From: Candidatus Micrarchaeia archaeon
Lineage (GTDB): Archaea; Micrarchaeota; Micrarchaeia; Anstonellales; Anstonellaceae
DNA: 64,000 nucleotides
Assembly: GCA_041650255.1 (NCBI GenBank)
Contig: JBAZLL010000005.1
Span: 153-64,152 of the forward strand
Direction of reading: 5' to 3'
The position numbers and the translations under genes are program-made. Below, piece by piece: positions 17,710 to 27,489 of this stretch (positions are counted from its first letter, which is position 1; every line of letters starts with the position of its first letter). The notes under the pieces are model-generated. The model saw only the letters and a list, made by a program, of their open reading frames with translations, was not told the DNA's origin and searched no databases.

Positions 17710-18132
17710 ATGAGTTTTGACATGCGAATCGGAGACTGCATGACTCGGGGTGTTGAGGTTCTTGACTCCTCAAAATCTGCATTTGATGCGGCTAAACTGC
17801 TTGCAAAAAAGAAAATCGGCTCTGTCATCATAACACAAAAAGGGGATGCGGTCGGAATAATCACCGAGCGGGACATTGTCTACAAAGTTGTTTTGAAAGA
17901 AAAAAATGCAAAAAAGGAAAAGCTTGCATCCATAATGTCAAAACCGCTCAAGGCAATTTGTGCCGAGCAGACTATACAGGATGCCGCGCTTGCAATGCGC
18001 GAAAATAACATAAAACGGCTTCCGGTGCTTGACAAAAAAGGAAAACTTGTGGGCATTATAACTGAAGGGGACCTAATTACTGTTTATCCGGGAATAGTGG
18101 ACATTATCAGCGAGACGCCAAAAATGAAATAA
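17710..18132 (+). CDS. CBS-domain pair protein
   Basis: 140 aa from ATG 17710, with a GGGGGGA ribosome-binding site 5 nt upstream. Two CBS repeats are visible (IGDCMTRGVEVL...GIITERDIV and IMSKPLKAI...GIITEGDLI). Confidence 0.85.
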   Translation: MSFDMRIGDCMTRGVEVLDSSKSAFDAAKLLAKKKIGSVIITQKGDAVGIITERDIVYKVVLKEKNAKKEKLASIMSKPLKAICAEQTIQDAALAMRENNIKRLPVLDKKGKLVGIITEGDLITVYPGIVDIISETPKMK

Positions 18133-18203
18133 TCCTTTTTTTACAATAAATTTTTTTCAATATTTATTTTTTTGAAAATACAACTCAAAATAAGACAACT
18201 TTT

Positions 18204-19262
18204 TTATCTTCTTTCCGCCTGCATTTGCAACATCAGCGCCCTTGCTCTTGCATTGCGCCCAAGATTAGAATCCGCCTTTTGCATTGTCTGCAAAAACCAT
18301 CCCACCAATTTTTCATTGGATGCGCCCCATAGCGCGCATTTTGCGACTATCTCATGCACTTGCATTCTGTTAATTTTCACTTTCTTTCCCATGTCAAATA
18401 CGTCTTTATTGTCAATGCATTTTACGTAAGATTCAATCGCCATGAAAAGCGGAATAAGGCAGAACATTCGCACCTTAATCGCATTTGTGGGAAGCGAAAT
18501 TATGTAATGCATTCCAGAATACAAATATTCAAGCGCATTGTCAATTTCCTCGTTTAGCACGCTCATCGCCATCGCGCGGTTCTCCTCTTTTAGAAGCGTG
18601 TCATAATCCAGCCCATATCTTTGCATTATCTCGCGCGGCCAGTAATATCTTCTTGAAGGAATGTCCGAGGACACGTCCCGCAAAATATTCACTTTCTGCA
18701 ATGCGAGCCCGAACTTTTTGGCGTATGTGTGCAGTTTTCGTCTTGTTCTAGGAGTTATGATGTTATTGTAATAAAGCAAATCATTGAACAAATAGCCGAC
18801 CACTCCGGCAACATAATAGCTGTATCTGTCCTGATCCTTGAAAGTGCGAATTGATTTTGTCTGAAACTCGTACATCCCGCTTGCCATTACTCTTCCCCAG
18901 CGCAGAATGCTCTCGCGTACTTTTTTTGGTTCGCCATAATAGACTTTTGCAACTGCGGGCAAATTCTCAAGCAATTCTTTCTCGTAAGTATAATCAAGCA
19001 GTGCGAGCATTTCCGTTTTGCAGGAGCTGATTTTCTCCTCATCAAATTTTTTCATTTCAAGAGAATCAATAAACTGGTCAAAAAGCTGTTTTTTTATGCT
19101 CACCGGAGCGGACGAATCCTCTATCGTGTCAATAACCCTGTAAATAAGATAGGAAACCATCATCTGTTGGGAAAGCGGATGCGGCAATACCTTTATCGCG
19201 AGCGCAAAACTTCTGGATACATTAGGCAAAATATTCCAAGATAAACTAAGCTCTTTGTTCAT
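18204..19262 (-). CDS. Squalene/phytoene synthase family prenyl-diphosphate head-to-head condensing enzyme
   Basis: 352 aa. SRSFALAIKVLP, the first Asp-rich motif YRVIDTIED and the second region NILRDVSSD are typical of the SQS_PSY family. Confidence 0.8.
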   Translation of the reverse strand: MNKELSLSWNILPNVSRSFALAIKVLPHPLSQQMMVSYLIYRVIDTIEDSSAPVSIKKQLFDQFIDSLEMKKFDEEKISSCKTEMLALLDYTYEKELLENLPAVAKVYYGEPKKVRESILRWGRVMASGMYEFQTKSIRTFKDQDRYSYYVAGVVGYLFNDLLYYNNIITPRTRRKLHTYAKKFGLALQKVNILRDVSSDIPSRRYYWPREIMQRYGLDYDTLLKEENRAMAMSVLNEEIDNALEYLYSGMHYIISLPTNAIKVRMFCLIPLFMAIESYVKCIDNKDVFDMGKKVKINRMQVHEIVAKCALWGASNEKLVGWFLQTMQKADSNLGRNARARALMLQMQAERR

Positions 19263-19337
19263 TTTTCGCCTGCACCCTTCATTATTGATTGCTTCTGTTT
19301 AGCGGGAGATATTTTAAAGTGTTTTGCTCAAGTCTTT

Positions 19338-20663
19338 TTGGGTGTTTTATTGGCGGACGGGGTTATTTTTGATTTTTCAGGCTCAAAGCTTTCGGTGCAA
19401 AAGCTCGCATTGGGTGCATCCTCGCTTGAAGGTTACATCAATGAATTAAGCGCCGTCGTCTCGGATAAGGACTGGTCGCACCCTGCCGCGTCTTTTCTTT
19501 TGCCTTTTGAGAAAAAATACGCATCGGAATGCGCTTCACTTGCAAAAAAACTGCCCTCACCTTCTCTTGTAATAGTTGTCGGAATCGGCGGCTCAAATTT
19601 GGGCACCATGGCGGTGCACGATGCAATATTCGGCTCTCTTTGCAATCTTAATTCAAAGCCGCAATTGGTGTTTGCGGATACCACCGACGCGCGGACGTTA
19701 AATTCCATCATCGAACTTGCAAAAAGTCATTTCTCCAAAGGCGGGCATGTAATAATCAATATCGTGAGCAAGTCCGGGCACACAATAGAGACAATTGCAA
19801 ACTTTGATGTGCTCTATTCCTCCCTATCTGCCCAGAGCAAGGATCGTTTGCATGTTGTCGCAACATCGGACGAATCCTGCGACCTTGAAAAATTGGCGCT
19901 TTCCGAAGGCTTTGACTCACTGCAAATACCAAAAAATGTCGGCGGGCGATATTCGGTCTTTTCAAATGTCGGTCTTTTCCCGCTTTCCCTTTGCGGCGTG
20001 GATATAAATTCCCTTTTGGAAGGTGCGCGCATGTCCGCAAAATCCGCGCTTTCAACCGATATTTCAAAAAACAATTCCGCCCTCATGGCTTCATTTCTTT
20101 ATGCCAACGCAAAGAAGGGAAAACGAACGCACGTTGACATGCTTTTCTCAAACAGTCTTCATTCCACCGGAATGTGGCACCGCCAGCTTTTGGCAGAAAG
20201 CAGTGCAAAGCAGAAAAATATTCAAGGCAAAATCGTGCATTCCGGCATAACTCCGATTTGCTCTGTTTGCACAACCGATTTACATTCAATGGCTCAATTA
20301 TATCTGGGCGGACCCGACGACAAAACTTATCGCATAATAACTGCTTCCGACAAAGGTGCAAACGCATCCATTGGAAAATCCGCGCTTTTGCATGTGCTTG
20401 CTCCGCAGGTGCAGGGAAAGAGCATCAATCAGATAATGGATTCAATTTGTGGCGGAGTAATCTGTGCATTCAAAAAAGGCGGACGGGAATTTGTGCACAT
20501 AAACCTGCCTTCTCTTAATGCACATAGCATCGGTTGGCTTATGCAGGAGGAAATGGCGGAAACGATGTATCTCTGCCATCTTCTGGGCGTGAATGCGTTT
20601 GACCAGCCTGCGGTTGAAGAATACAAATCGGAATCCATCAAAATCCTAAAAAAATCAACCTAA
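19338..20663 (+). CDS. pgi: Glucose-6-phosphate isomerase (short PGI family)
   Basis: GIGGSNLG, SKSGHTIET, VGGRYSVFS and C-terminal NAFDQPAVEEYK motifs. TTG start as given by the track (an alternative TTG at 19350 follows GGGTG). Its stop overlaps the convergent ROK gene stop. Confidence 0.85.
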   Translation: MGVLLADGVIFDFSGSKLSVQKLALGASSLEGYINELSAVVSDKDWSHPAASFLLPFEKKYASECASLAKKLPSPSLVIVVGIGGSNLGTMAVHDAIFGSLCNLNSKPQLVFADTTDARTLNSIIELAKSHFSKGGHVIINIVSKSGHTIETIANFDVLYSSLSAQSKDRLHVVATSDESCDLEKLALSEGFDSLQIPKNVGGRYSVFSNVGLFPLSLCGVDINSLLEGARMSAKSALSTDISKNNSALMASFLYANAKKGKRTHVDMLFSNSLHSTGMWHRQLLAESSAKQKNIQGKIVHSGITPICSVCTTDLHSMAQLYLGGPDDKTYRIITASDKGANASIGKSALLHVLAPQVQGKSINQIMDSICGGVICAFKKGGREFVHINLPSLNAHSIGWLMQEEMAETMYLCHLLGVNAFDQPAVEEYKSESIKILKKST

Positions 20664-21571
20664 TTCTTTCCTAAGAAATTTTTTATCTTTTCATTTTCTT
20701 CTCCCTTTGCAAGAAGCATTGCGCCCTCAAGAGAAGGATTATTCATTTTACAAACGCCTATTTTTGTGAAAGCAACCGGGGATATTGCGCATTTTCTATA
20801 CCCTGAAAATACATCTGTCCTGTATTTTTTCATAAGCGCGAATCCAACCGAGCCTGCAATAATTATTTCGTTCGGATTTAGTGCGCTTGCAATGTTTGCA
20901 AGCCCAACTCCGAATAAGAAAGCGGCACTATTGCAAATCGCTTTCGCATCCAAGCTTTTATCCAAGAAAATTTCCTTTGCACTTTTTCTTTTTCCCACTC
21001 TCTCAAAATATTGTTTTTCAATCCCGGCCCCGCCGCAAATTTCTTCCCATTGAATTATTTTTCCCAAGTTTTCTTTTTTTCCAAGTAGTAAAATTTTCAT
21101 GTGCCCGAATTCTCCCGCACAATTGTTTTTCCCGCGCAAAAGCTTTCCCTCATGCACAATCGCGCCTCCGATGCCTGTTCCGGGTGCAACTATGCAAAAT
21201 GAATCATTTTTCTTTGCCCCCCTACTCCACCACTGTGCAAGCGCGGCGCATTTCACGTCGTTTTCTGCAAATATCTTCGCGCCAAGAATATTTTTTTCAA
21301 AATGCAGATTTTTCACATTTTTAATGTTCGGCAATTTTGATACAAAAGAGTTTTGCACAAATCCTGGCAACGCAATGCCGACTGAGTTTGCATTTGTTCT
21401 TTTCACCAGTTCCTTTATGATATTTTTCAATTCGGCATTTGTCAAATTTGCGGGGGTGGGAATTTCCCCGCTCTTTTCTGCGCCATTTTTTGAAAACATC
21501 CACCCAATTTTTGTGCCGCCGACATCCACTCCCAGTGTTTTTTCGTTTCTTAATTTCCCGCCCTCTAGCAT
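20660..21571 (-). CDS. ROK-family sugar kinase (glucokinase-like)
   Basis: 303 aa. LGVDVGGTKIG (phosphate-1), APGTGIGGAIV, CAGEFGHM, and a Cys/Gly-rich region ICGGAGIE. Confidence 0.8.
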   Translation of the reverse strand: MLEGGKLRNEKTLGVDVGGTKIGWMFSKNGAEKSGEIPTPANLTNAELKNIIKELVKRTNANSVGIALPGFVQNSFVSKLPNIKNVKNLHFEKNILGAKIFAENDVKCAALAQWWSRGAKKNDSFCIVAPGTGIGGAIVHEGKLLRGKNNCAGEFGHMKILLLGKKENLGKIIQWEEICGGAGIEKQYFERVGKRKSAKEIFLDKSLDAKAICNSAAFLFGVGLANIASALNPNEIIIAGSVGFALMKKYRTDVFSGYRKCAISPVAFTKIGVCKMNNPSLEGAMLLAKGEENEKIKNFLGKN

Positions 21572-21676
21572 ATTTTTTCAAATGGGTGCAACCTACTTAA
21601 ATGTGCCGTGCGGCGCATATTTTGTGTTCGTGAAAAACAAACCTAATATTTAAACAATTGCGAACCTACTTTTAGT

Positions 21677-24241
21677 ATGCTAACCAAGCCGGATGTGTCA
21701 GGAACGGACCTGTGGTCAATGCCGATTGAGGAAGCTTTTGCCCGCCTCAAGAGCTCCGCCAACGGTCTCTCCGATGCGGAATCCTCAAAAAGACACGCAG
21801 TGTTCGGGCTCAACGAACTTGCGCAAAAGAAAAAACGCAACCTTCTGATGCAATTTGCCGCCTATTTTTTCAATCCGCTCATTGTTGTCCTCATAATAGT
21901 CGGTCTTGCCTCATTTTATTTTGGAAATGCGCTAAGTGCAGTAATCATACTTATCATGGTGCTCGTGAGTGTGTGCCTCACATTTTATCAGGAATATTCC
22001 GCTCAAGATGCCGCAGAAAAACTTCGCAAGCTGATTCGCAACACCGCAACCGCGCTAAGAAATTCCAAATACAAGGAAGTTCCCCTCAAATATCTTGCGC
22101 CCGGAGATGTGATACGTCTCTCCGCCGGAGATTTGGTTCCCGCGGACTGTCGAATTATCTCCTGCCGCGACTTTTTCATAAATCAGGCGTCAATCACCGG
22201 CGAATCCGTTCCGGTTGAGAAAACTGGCAAACCCGCGGATTCCGGCACGCAAATAACCGACATGCTCAATGCAGTATTTTTCGGAAGCAGCGTTGTGAGC
22301 GGCTCGGCGCAGGCAATAGTTGTGCGCACCGGCATGGCGACACAATTCGGCGCAATTTCAGCCCGATTGGGCACAAGCAGGCAGGAAACCGCGTTTGACC
22401 GGGGAGTGCGCGATTACAGCATGCTCATGCTCAAATTCGTATTCGTACTCGTGCTCATAATTTTTGCATTAAACGCATTTCTAAAACAAAACATGCTTGA
22501 GGCTCTTCTTTTTGCGTTGGCGGTGGCGGTCGGACTTACTCCCGAAATGCTTCCAATGGTTGTGACTGCAAATCTTTCGCAGGGCGCAAACAACATGGCG
22601 AAAAAAGAAGTGATTGTGAAAAAGCTCCCTTCAATTCAAAATCTCGGCGCAATGGATGTTCTGTGCACCGATAAAACCGGCACACTGACCGAAGATAAAA
22701 TCAAGCTTGTGCGCCACGTGAACATTGACGGCATTGAAGACGATCATGTGCTTTTGTTTGCATATCTTATCAGCTTCAATCAAACAGGGCTTAGAAATCC
22801 CCTTGACAGCGCGATACTTGAACACGACGCAAAGCGGCTTAAAAAAGAAATAAGCGCCAACTTCAAAAAAATAGATGAGATTCCATTTGACTTCATGCGC
22901 AGATGCATGAGCGTCGTAGTTGAGGACTCATCCAAAACCCATATTCTTCTTACAAAAGGCGCGCCCGAAGATCTGTTGCCAAAATGCAATCATATTGTGC
23001 GTTCGGGTTCTTTGGAGCCGATGCCCGATTCAGACAAGAAAAAGGCAAACGAACTTTATCTGAAACTAAGCTCCGAGGGCTTTAGGGTGCTTGCTCTTGC
23101 TTCAAAACAAATCTCTTCCTCAAAGAGCATATATTCCGTTTCCGACGAATCTGATTTGGCATTTGAAGGCTTTTTGGCATTTTTGGATCCGCCAAAAAAG
23201 ACAGCGCACGCATCATTGGCAGAACTGATGAAGCGCGGCATTGAAATAAAAATTCTTTCCGGCGACAACGAGCTTGTAAACCGCAAAATCGCAAAAGACG
23301 TCGGACTGAATGTAAAAGGCGTAATCACGGGTGCGCAAATCGCGCAGGCAACCGACGAATCCATGCAAGTGCTTGTGGAAGAAAACACAATATTCGCCCG
23401 CGTCTCTCCTATGCAAAAGGAGCGCATAATTCTTGCATTACAGCGCAACCATCATATTGTCGGCTATTTGGGAGACGGAATCAACGATTCGCTTGCGCTC
23501 AAAACTTCGGATGTGGGAATTTCCGTTGATTCTGCCGCCGACGTTGCAAAAGAGTCTGCCGATGTAATCCTGTTGCGAAAAAGCTTGCATGTTCTCTACG
23601 AAGGAGTGGATGAGGGCAGGCGCACATTTGCAAACACGATGAAATATCTGAAGATGGGCTCAAGCTCAAACTTTGGCAACATGTTCTCAATGGTCGGCGC
23701 AAGCATATTCCTGCCGTTTTTGCCAATGGCGCCGATTCAAATTCTTCTAAATAATTTTCTTTATGACATATCTCAACTGGGCATCACAAGCGATAATGTT
23801 GATTCGGAATCGCTTGCAAAGCCGGCACAATGGAGCATGGATTCAATAAAGAATTTCATGCTCTATATCGGACCTGTAAGCAGTATATTTGATTACATAA
23901 CGTTCGGAGTGCTATTTATTGTACTCAATGTTCCTGCCGCCGTGTTTCATACGGGCTGGTTCATAGAATCAATTCTCACGCAAACCCTTGTCGTGTATGT
24001 AGTTAGAACCGGAAAAATACCTTTCATACAAAGCAAGCCGAGCAAAAAACTGCTTCTTGTATCGCTTTCAATAATGCTTGTCGCCATTCTGATTGTCACA
24101 ACGCCCTTGCGCGAAATATTTGAATTCGGAGAACTTCCCCTCATTTACTATCCGATACTCATCGTAATCGTGCTAAGCTATCTTGTGCTTACACAGCTTG
24201 TCAAAGGCTTTTTGATAAAGCGGGGGATTATCTCTTACTAA
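21677..24241 (+). CDS. mgtA: Mg2+-importing P-type ATPase (type IIIB, MgtA-like)
   Basis: 854 aa. TGES, the phosphorylation site CTDKTGTLT, GDGINDSLALK, and the MgtA-typical C-terminal LLNNFLYDISQLGITSDNVD. A TATA-like AATATTTAAAC lies about 25 nt upstream, so the transcript may be leaderless. Confidence 0.85.
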   Translation: MLTKPDVSGTDLWSMPIEEAFARLKSSANGLSDAESSKRHAVFGLNELAQKKKRNLLMQFAAYFFNPLIVVLIIVGLASFYFGNALSAVIILIMVLVSVCLTFYQEYSAQDAAEKLRKLIRNTATALRNSKYKEVPLKYLAPGDVIRLSAGDLVPADCRIISCRDFFINQASITGESVPVEKTGKPADSGTQITDMLNAVFFGSSVVSGSAQAIVVRTGMATQFGAISARLGTSRQETAFDRGVRDYSMLMLKFVFVLVLIIFALNAFLKQNMLEALLFALAVAVGLTPEMLPMVVTANLSQGANNMAKKEVIVKKLPSIQNLGAMDVLCTDKTGTLTEDKIKLVRHVNIDGIEDDHVLLFAYLISFNQTGLRNPLDSAILEHDAKRLKKEISANFKKIDEIPFDFMRRCMSVVVEDSSKTHILLTKGAPEDLLPKCNHIVRSGSLEPMPDSDKKKANELYLKLSSEGFRVLALASKQISSSKSIYSVSDESDLAFEGFLAFLDPPKKTAHASLAELMKRGIEIKILSGDNELVNRKIAKDVGLNVKGVITGAQIAQATDESMQVLVEENTIFARVSPMQKERIILALQRNHHIVGYLGDGINDSLALKTSDVGISVDSAADVAKESADVILLRKSLHVLYEGVDEGRRTFANTMKYLKMGSSSNFGNMFSMVGASIFLPFLPMAPIQILLNNFLYDISQLGITSDNVDSESLAKPAQWSMDSIKNFMLYIGPVSSIFDYITFGVLFIVLNVPAAVFHTGWFIESILTQTLVVYVVRTGKIPFIQSKPSKKLLLVSLSIMLVAILIVTTPLREIFEFGELPLIYYPILIVIVLSYLVLTQLVKGFLIKRGIISY

Positions 24242-24296
24242 CGATTAATTAGTGCGTACGTCCATAGTTAAAATGTAATTTTCCTAAGGTGATGAA

Positions 24297-24452
24297 ATGG
24301 GTATGAGCAAGAAAGATTTAACCAGAAAGCATATGAACACAAAAGCTCGCATCGCCGAGCTTGAGCCGCTTGTGCGCCGAGACCCGCTAAAAAAGCATCC
24401 GGAAATTCACGAAGAGCTTGAAAAACTCAAAAAAAGCCTGACCGAGAATTAA
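24297..24452 (+). CDS. Small (51-aa) basic/helical hypothetical protein, below the ORF-track length cutoff
   Basis: ATG preceded by AAGGTGA at a 5-nt spacing. Encodes MGMSKKDLTRKHMNTKARIAELEPLVRRDPLKKHPEIHEELEKLKKSLTEN and is followed by a hairpin and T runs. Confidence 0.45.
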   Translation: MGMSKKDLTRKHMNTKARIAELEPLVRRDPLKKHPEIHEELEKLKKSLTEN

Positions 24453-24474
24453 AGTTTGTTTGAAAACAAGTTAT

Positions 24475-24524
24475 GTTCGCCCAAAAAAAAAGAAGCAGGC
24501 GAACAGTTTTCACTTTTTATTTTT
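24475..24524. terminator. 7-bp hairpin (GTTCGCC...GGCGAAC) followed by three T runs
   Basis: Read directly. Lies between the small ORF (+) and the 3' end of 24542..25150 (-). Confidence 0.4.
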
Positions 24525-24541
24525 GTGCACATTTTATCCTT

Positions 24542-25150
24542 TCAATTCGGCACAGTCTCCACTTTTTCTTCTTTCTTTCCCCAGCTATCCTCGCATATAT
24601 ACCCCGCTTTTCTAAGCCTTGCATACGACGCCCACAAAAATATCGGTCCAAATACGGCTGTCGGGAAGAAATTATTCATTGTAATGAACATGGAGAGAAA
24701 AAGTGCGTTCAGAAATGTTTGCAGTCCAAGCGCAAATACTCCGATTCCAATCACAAGTGCGCACACCGTGCTTGCAACCAATCCCGCAACAAGAAAGTAG
24801 CCGATGTCAATTGCCTCAATCTCGGGCTTTCCTTTCGTTACTACTAAATTCCAAATCTTGTATGCCACATAGCCAAAAAGGAAATTGCCGACAAATCCAA
24901 ATGCGCTTCCCCAACTAAGCGTCCCAAAAAAGTCCGCACTCAAATTTCCAAATGCCGCGCCCCATGCGCCCGCCGGTCCGAACAAAACTCCTGCAAGCGG
25001 GGGAATGAAATTTGCAAGCCTAAACTCGGTATAACCCGGAACTATTGGGAACGGCTTGAACGGAACAAGAAGCCCTGCATACAATATCGCCACGAGGACA
25101 ATAATCGCGACTTGTTTTTTCTCTGTCCACACTTTTAGTATTTGGTTCAT
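24542..25150 (-). CDS. queT: QueT-family (ECF S-component-like) queuosine-precursor transporter
   Basis: 202 aa, 5-6 TM helices. N-terminal VAILYAGLLVPFKPFPIVPGYTEFRLANFIPPLAGVLFGPAGAWGAAFGNLSADFF resembles QueT family proteins. Assigned from memory of the family pattern. Confidence 0.5.
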   Translation of the reverse strand: MNQILKVWTEKKQVAIIVLVAILYAGLLVPFKPFPIVPGYTEFRLANFIPPLAGVLFGPAGAWGAAFGNLSADFFGTLSWGSAFGFVGNFLFGYVAYKIWNLVVTKGKPEIEAIDIGYFLVAGLVASTVCALVIGIGVFALGLQTFLNALFLSMFITMNNFFPTAVFGPIFLWASYARLRKAGYICEDSWGKKEEKVETVPN

Positions 25151-25311
25151 ATGCCGCCTCCAAAGTTTTTGTTTGTTTTACGACTCCCAAACTGTATCTA
25201 TCAACTCTTTCCTGTTTTATAATTTCTTTCCAGCCTCGGTGCTTTCTTGTTTGATGCATGTTTCATATTTCTTTGCATATTTGTTTTTGCTTTTTTAGCA
25301 TCCGACATTCT

Positions 25312-26007
25312 TTACAAACTTTTTTTCATCATTGCAAATATCTTCGGATTCTTTATTGCCGCCCTTCCAATCATCGCGCCATAAAGCCCTGCATTTTTCA
25401 GTTCCAAAACCTGCTCTTTGGTTTTAATATCCCCGTTCGCGACAATTTTCTTGCCGGTTTTTACGCATTTTTCATACACAGAAAAATCGGCGGCTTCCTT
25501 ATCTTCTTGGTCTGCGGTTTTTGCATGCACGACAAAAAATTGCGCATCCACATTCTCAATCAAATTAAGATAAGCCCCTTTTTCCTTCTCATACTTATTG
25601 AGTCCAAGCCTAAGCTTTATCGAGCATTCAAATCCGTGCTCCTTGATAATCCCGACAATTTCTTTCACTCTTGACACTCTTTTTATCATCGCCGCGCCAA
25701 TTCCCTGTCTGATGAATGAAGGCGAGGGGCATCCCAAATTCAGATTAAATCCGCCAAATCCATTTTCGGGCTCAAATTCCAATAAAAATTTCTTATAATC
25801 CGACAATTTTGCCCCGGCAAGTTGTATTTGGGTCGGAGTTGCACTCATAATTTTAATCTTGTCAATTTCGCCTTTTTTTCCTCTCGCCAAATTTGCGACT
25901 CTTGCCATTTCGCTAAACGTCAAGTCCGCACCATTCTCATGGCATAATGTGCGAAAAGCGCAGTTGCCAATTCCTTCCATCGGTGCAAGCATAAGCTGAA
26001 ATTTCAT
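25312..26007 (-). CDS. dus: tRNA-dihydrouridine synthase (Dus) family, short TIM-barrel-only form
   Basis: 231 aa. LAPMEGIGNCAFRTLC...GADLTFSEM and NLGCPSP (catalytic Cys loop) are Dus signatures. It lacks the C-terminal helical domain of bacterial Dus proteins. Confidence 0.75.
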   Translation of the reverse strand: MKFQLMLAPMEGIGNCAFRTLCHENGADLTFSEMARVANLARGKKGEIDKIKIMSATPTQIQLAGAKLSDYKKFLLEFEPENGFGGFNLNLGCPSPSFIRQGIGAAMIKRVSRVKEIVGIIKEHGFECSIKLRLGLNKYEKEKGAYLNLIENVDAQFFVVHAKTADQEDKEAADFSVYEKCVKTGKKIVANGDIKTKEQVLELKNAGLYGAMIGRAAIKNPKIFAMMKKSL

Positions 26008-26199
26008 ATCGCATCCTCTCCTATTCGCATTTTTATTTTTTTACATATCCCTTTGCGTTAAGCTCCCTATTAACATCGCCCCCTTCAAAATGTCAAGTTT
26101 ATTAATTTGCCCAGATTTGCAAGAGTTATATCGCTTGGGCGGATTCAATTGCCTCTTTTGGTGCTTGCAATCCGAAAAGAATATTTGGGGGTAGCTTTC

Positions 26200-27231
26200 A
26201 TGGGAAAGGGCAGTGGAATAAGCGAGGAAAAAGTGAGGATGGTTTTTGCAGCTGCAATAATCCTGTTTTTTGCATATATAATCGGTAGCGTTCTTTGGGG
26301 CTTTATAGGCGCACTTTTCATATCCGTATTTGCTTTTATCACGCTCAATCCAATATACAAATGGTTGCGCCTGCGCAATATCGGAAAAACTCCGTCCGCT
26401 CTCTTAGCAATGCTTATCGGACTCATTGTAATCGGTATCCCTCTTATGATAATTTGTGGCGTACTTTTCAACGAAACCCTAAGTATGCTAAATCAGGCAA
26501 ACCTGAATCAATATGCCAGTGCGATTAGTAATAACGTATCCGTCATTTCAAAAAATATTCCGAATTTTACCTCGGACGACGAGCTTAAAAAAGAAATCGG
26601 GGCGGCGGTCTATTCTATTGTAAATTATTTCAAGGACGTGGTAATCGGCTCCATGCAAAATATCGGAGAGCTCATGATTCAATTGCTTGTTTCCGTCTTT
26701 GTGCTTTATTACCTGCTTGTTGCGGAAGAAAAACTGGCATCAATTTCCCGTTCAATGGTGCCATTTAGCAGTAAAAATACTGGCATCTTAGCCGCCGAGT
26801 TCAAAAAGATAACCTATTCTGCCCTGATAACAGTTGCCCTTATGGGGCTTTTGCAGGCATTACCCCTTACTCTCGTGTTCATCTATTTCGGGGTTCCGGG
26901 GGCGGTCTTTTGGGGTTTTGTGGCGCTCATAATGACGTGCGTTCCGTTCGTCGGCATTCCGGTAGTATGGATTCCAATCGCACTCGTGGAGGCGGCACAG
27001 CACAATAACGATGCGTTTGTCGGAATAGTTGTAGCCGGAATAATACTCGCAATCGTTGAAAACGTCAGACCGATTGCGCAAAAAATGATTGGAAAAGTGC
27101 ACCCTCTTATTTCCATATTGGGAATAATCGTCGGGCTCAGCTACTTCGGAGTATTTGGCATAATTATCGGTCCACTCATTCTGAGCTATTGTGTGCTGAT
27201 GCTAAAGATGTTCAAGGAAGAATATCTATAG
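26200..27231 (+). CDS. AI-2E family transporter (PerM/UPF0118)
   Basis: About 343 aa from ATG 26200, with a GGGGGT ribosome-binding site upstream. The 8-TM pattern and C-terminal GLSYFGVFGIIIGPLILS are typical of the family. Confidence 0.8.
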   Translation: MGKGSGISEEKVRMVFAAAIILFFAYIIGSVLWGFIGALFISVFAFITLNPIYKWLRLRNIGKTPSALLAMLIGLIVIGIPLMIICGVLFNETLSMLNQANLNQYASAISNNVSVISKNIPNFTSDDELKKEIGAAVYSIVNYFKDVVIGSMQNIGELMIQLLVSVFVLYYLLVAEEKLASISRSMVPFSSKNTGILAAEFKKITYSALITVALMGLLQALPLTLVFIYFGVPGAVFWGFVALIMTCVPFVGIPVVWIPIALVEAAQHNNDAFVGIVVAGIILAIVENVRPIAQKMIGKVHPLISILGIIVGLSYFGVFGIIIGPLILSYCVLMLKMFKEEYL

Positions 27232-27489
27232 ACTCTGTTTTTTTTCTTTCCCCCCTTTATTTTCCCCTATTTTTCTATTCATTTTTTCCTTATTTTTTCC
27301 ATTTATTTTCCTTTTTGCATTTTTTCTTCTTTCGGATTTTCTTTTTCTTGCATTTTACTTTTTGCGCGATTTTTTGGTTTGCACTTTTGAAAACCTAACC
27401 TATATAAGAATGCATTTTCCTAAGCTCTTTCATTACTGCGCAAAGCCTGAAATTCTTGTTGCAGTTTCATTTATTTATGCGGTGTTTGT

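Noticed and set aside
17232-18132. Track versions of Hjc (214 aa, to 17876) and of the CBS protein (245 aa, from 17395), which overlap each other by ~480 nt
   Set aside because: Recognisable homology begins at Met77 of the Hjc ORF (17648) and at Met106 of the CBS ORF (17710, which has a strong GGGGGGA ribosome-binding site). The N-terminal extensions are mutually antisense and compositionally odd.
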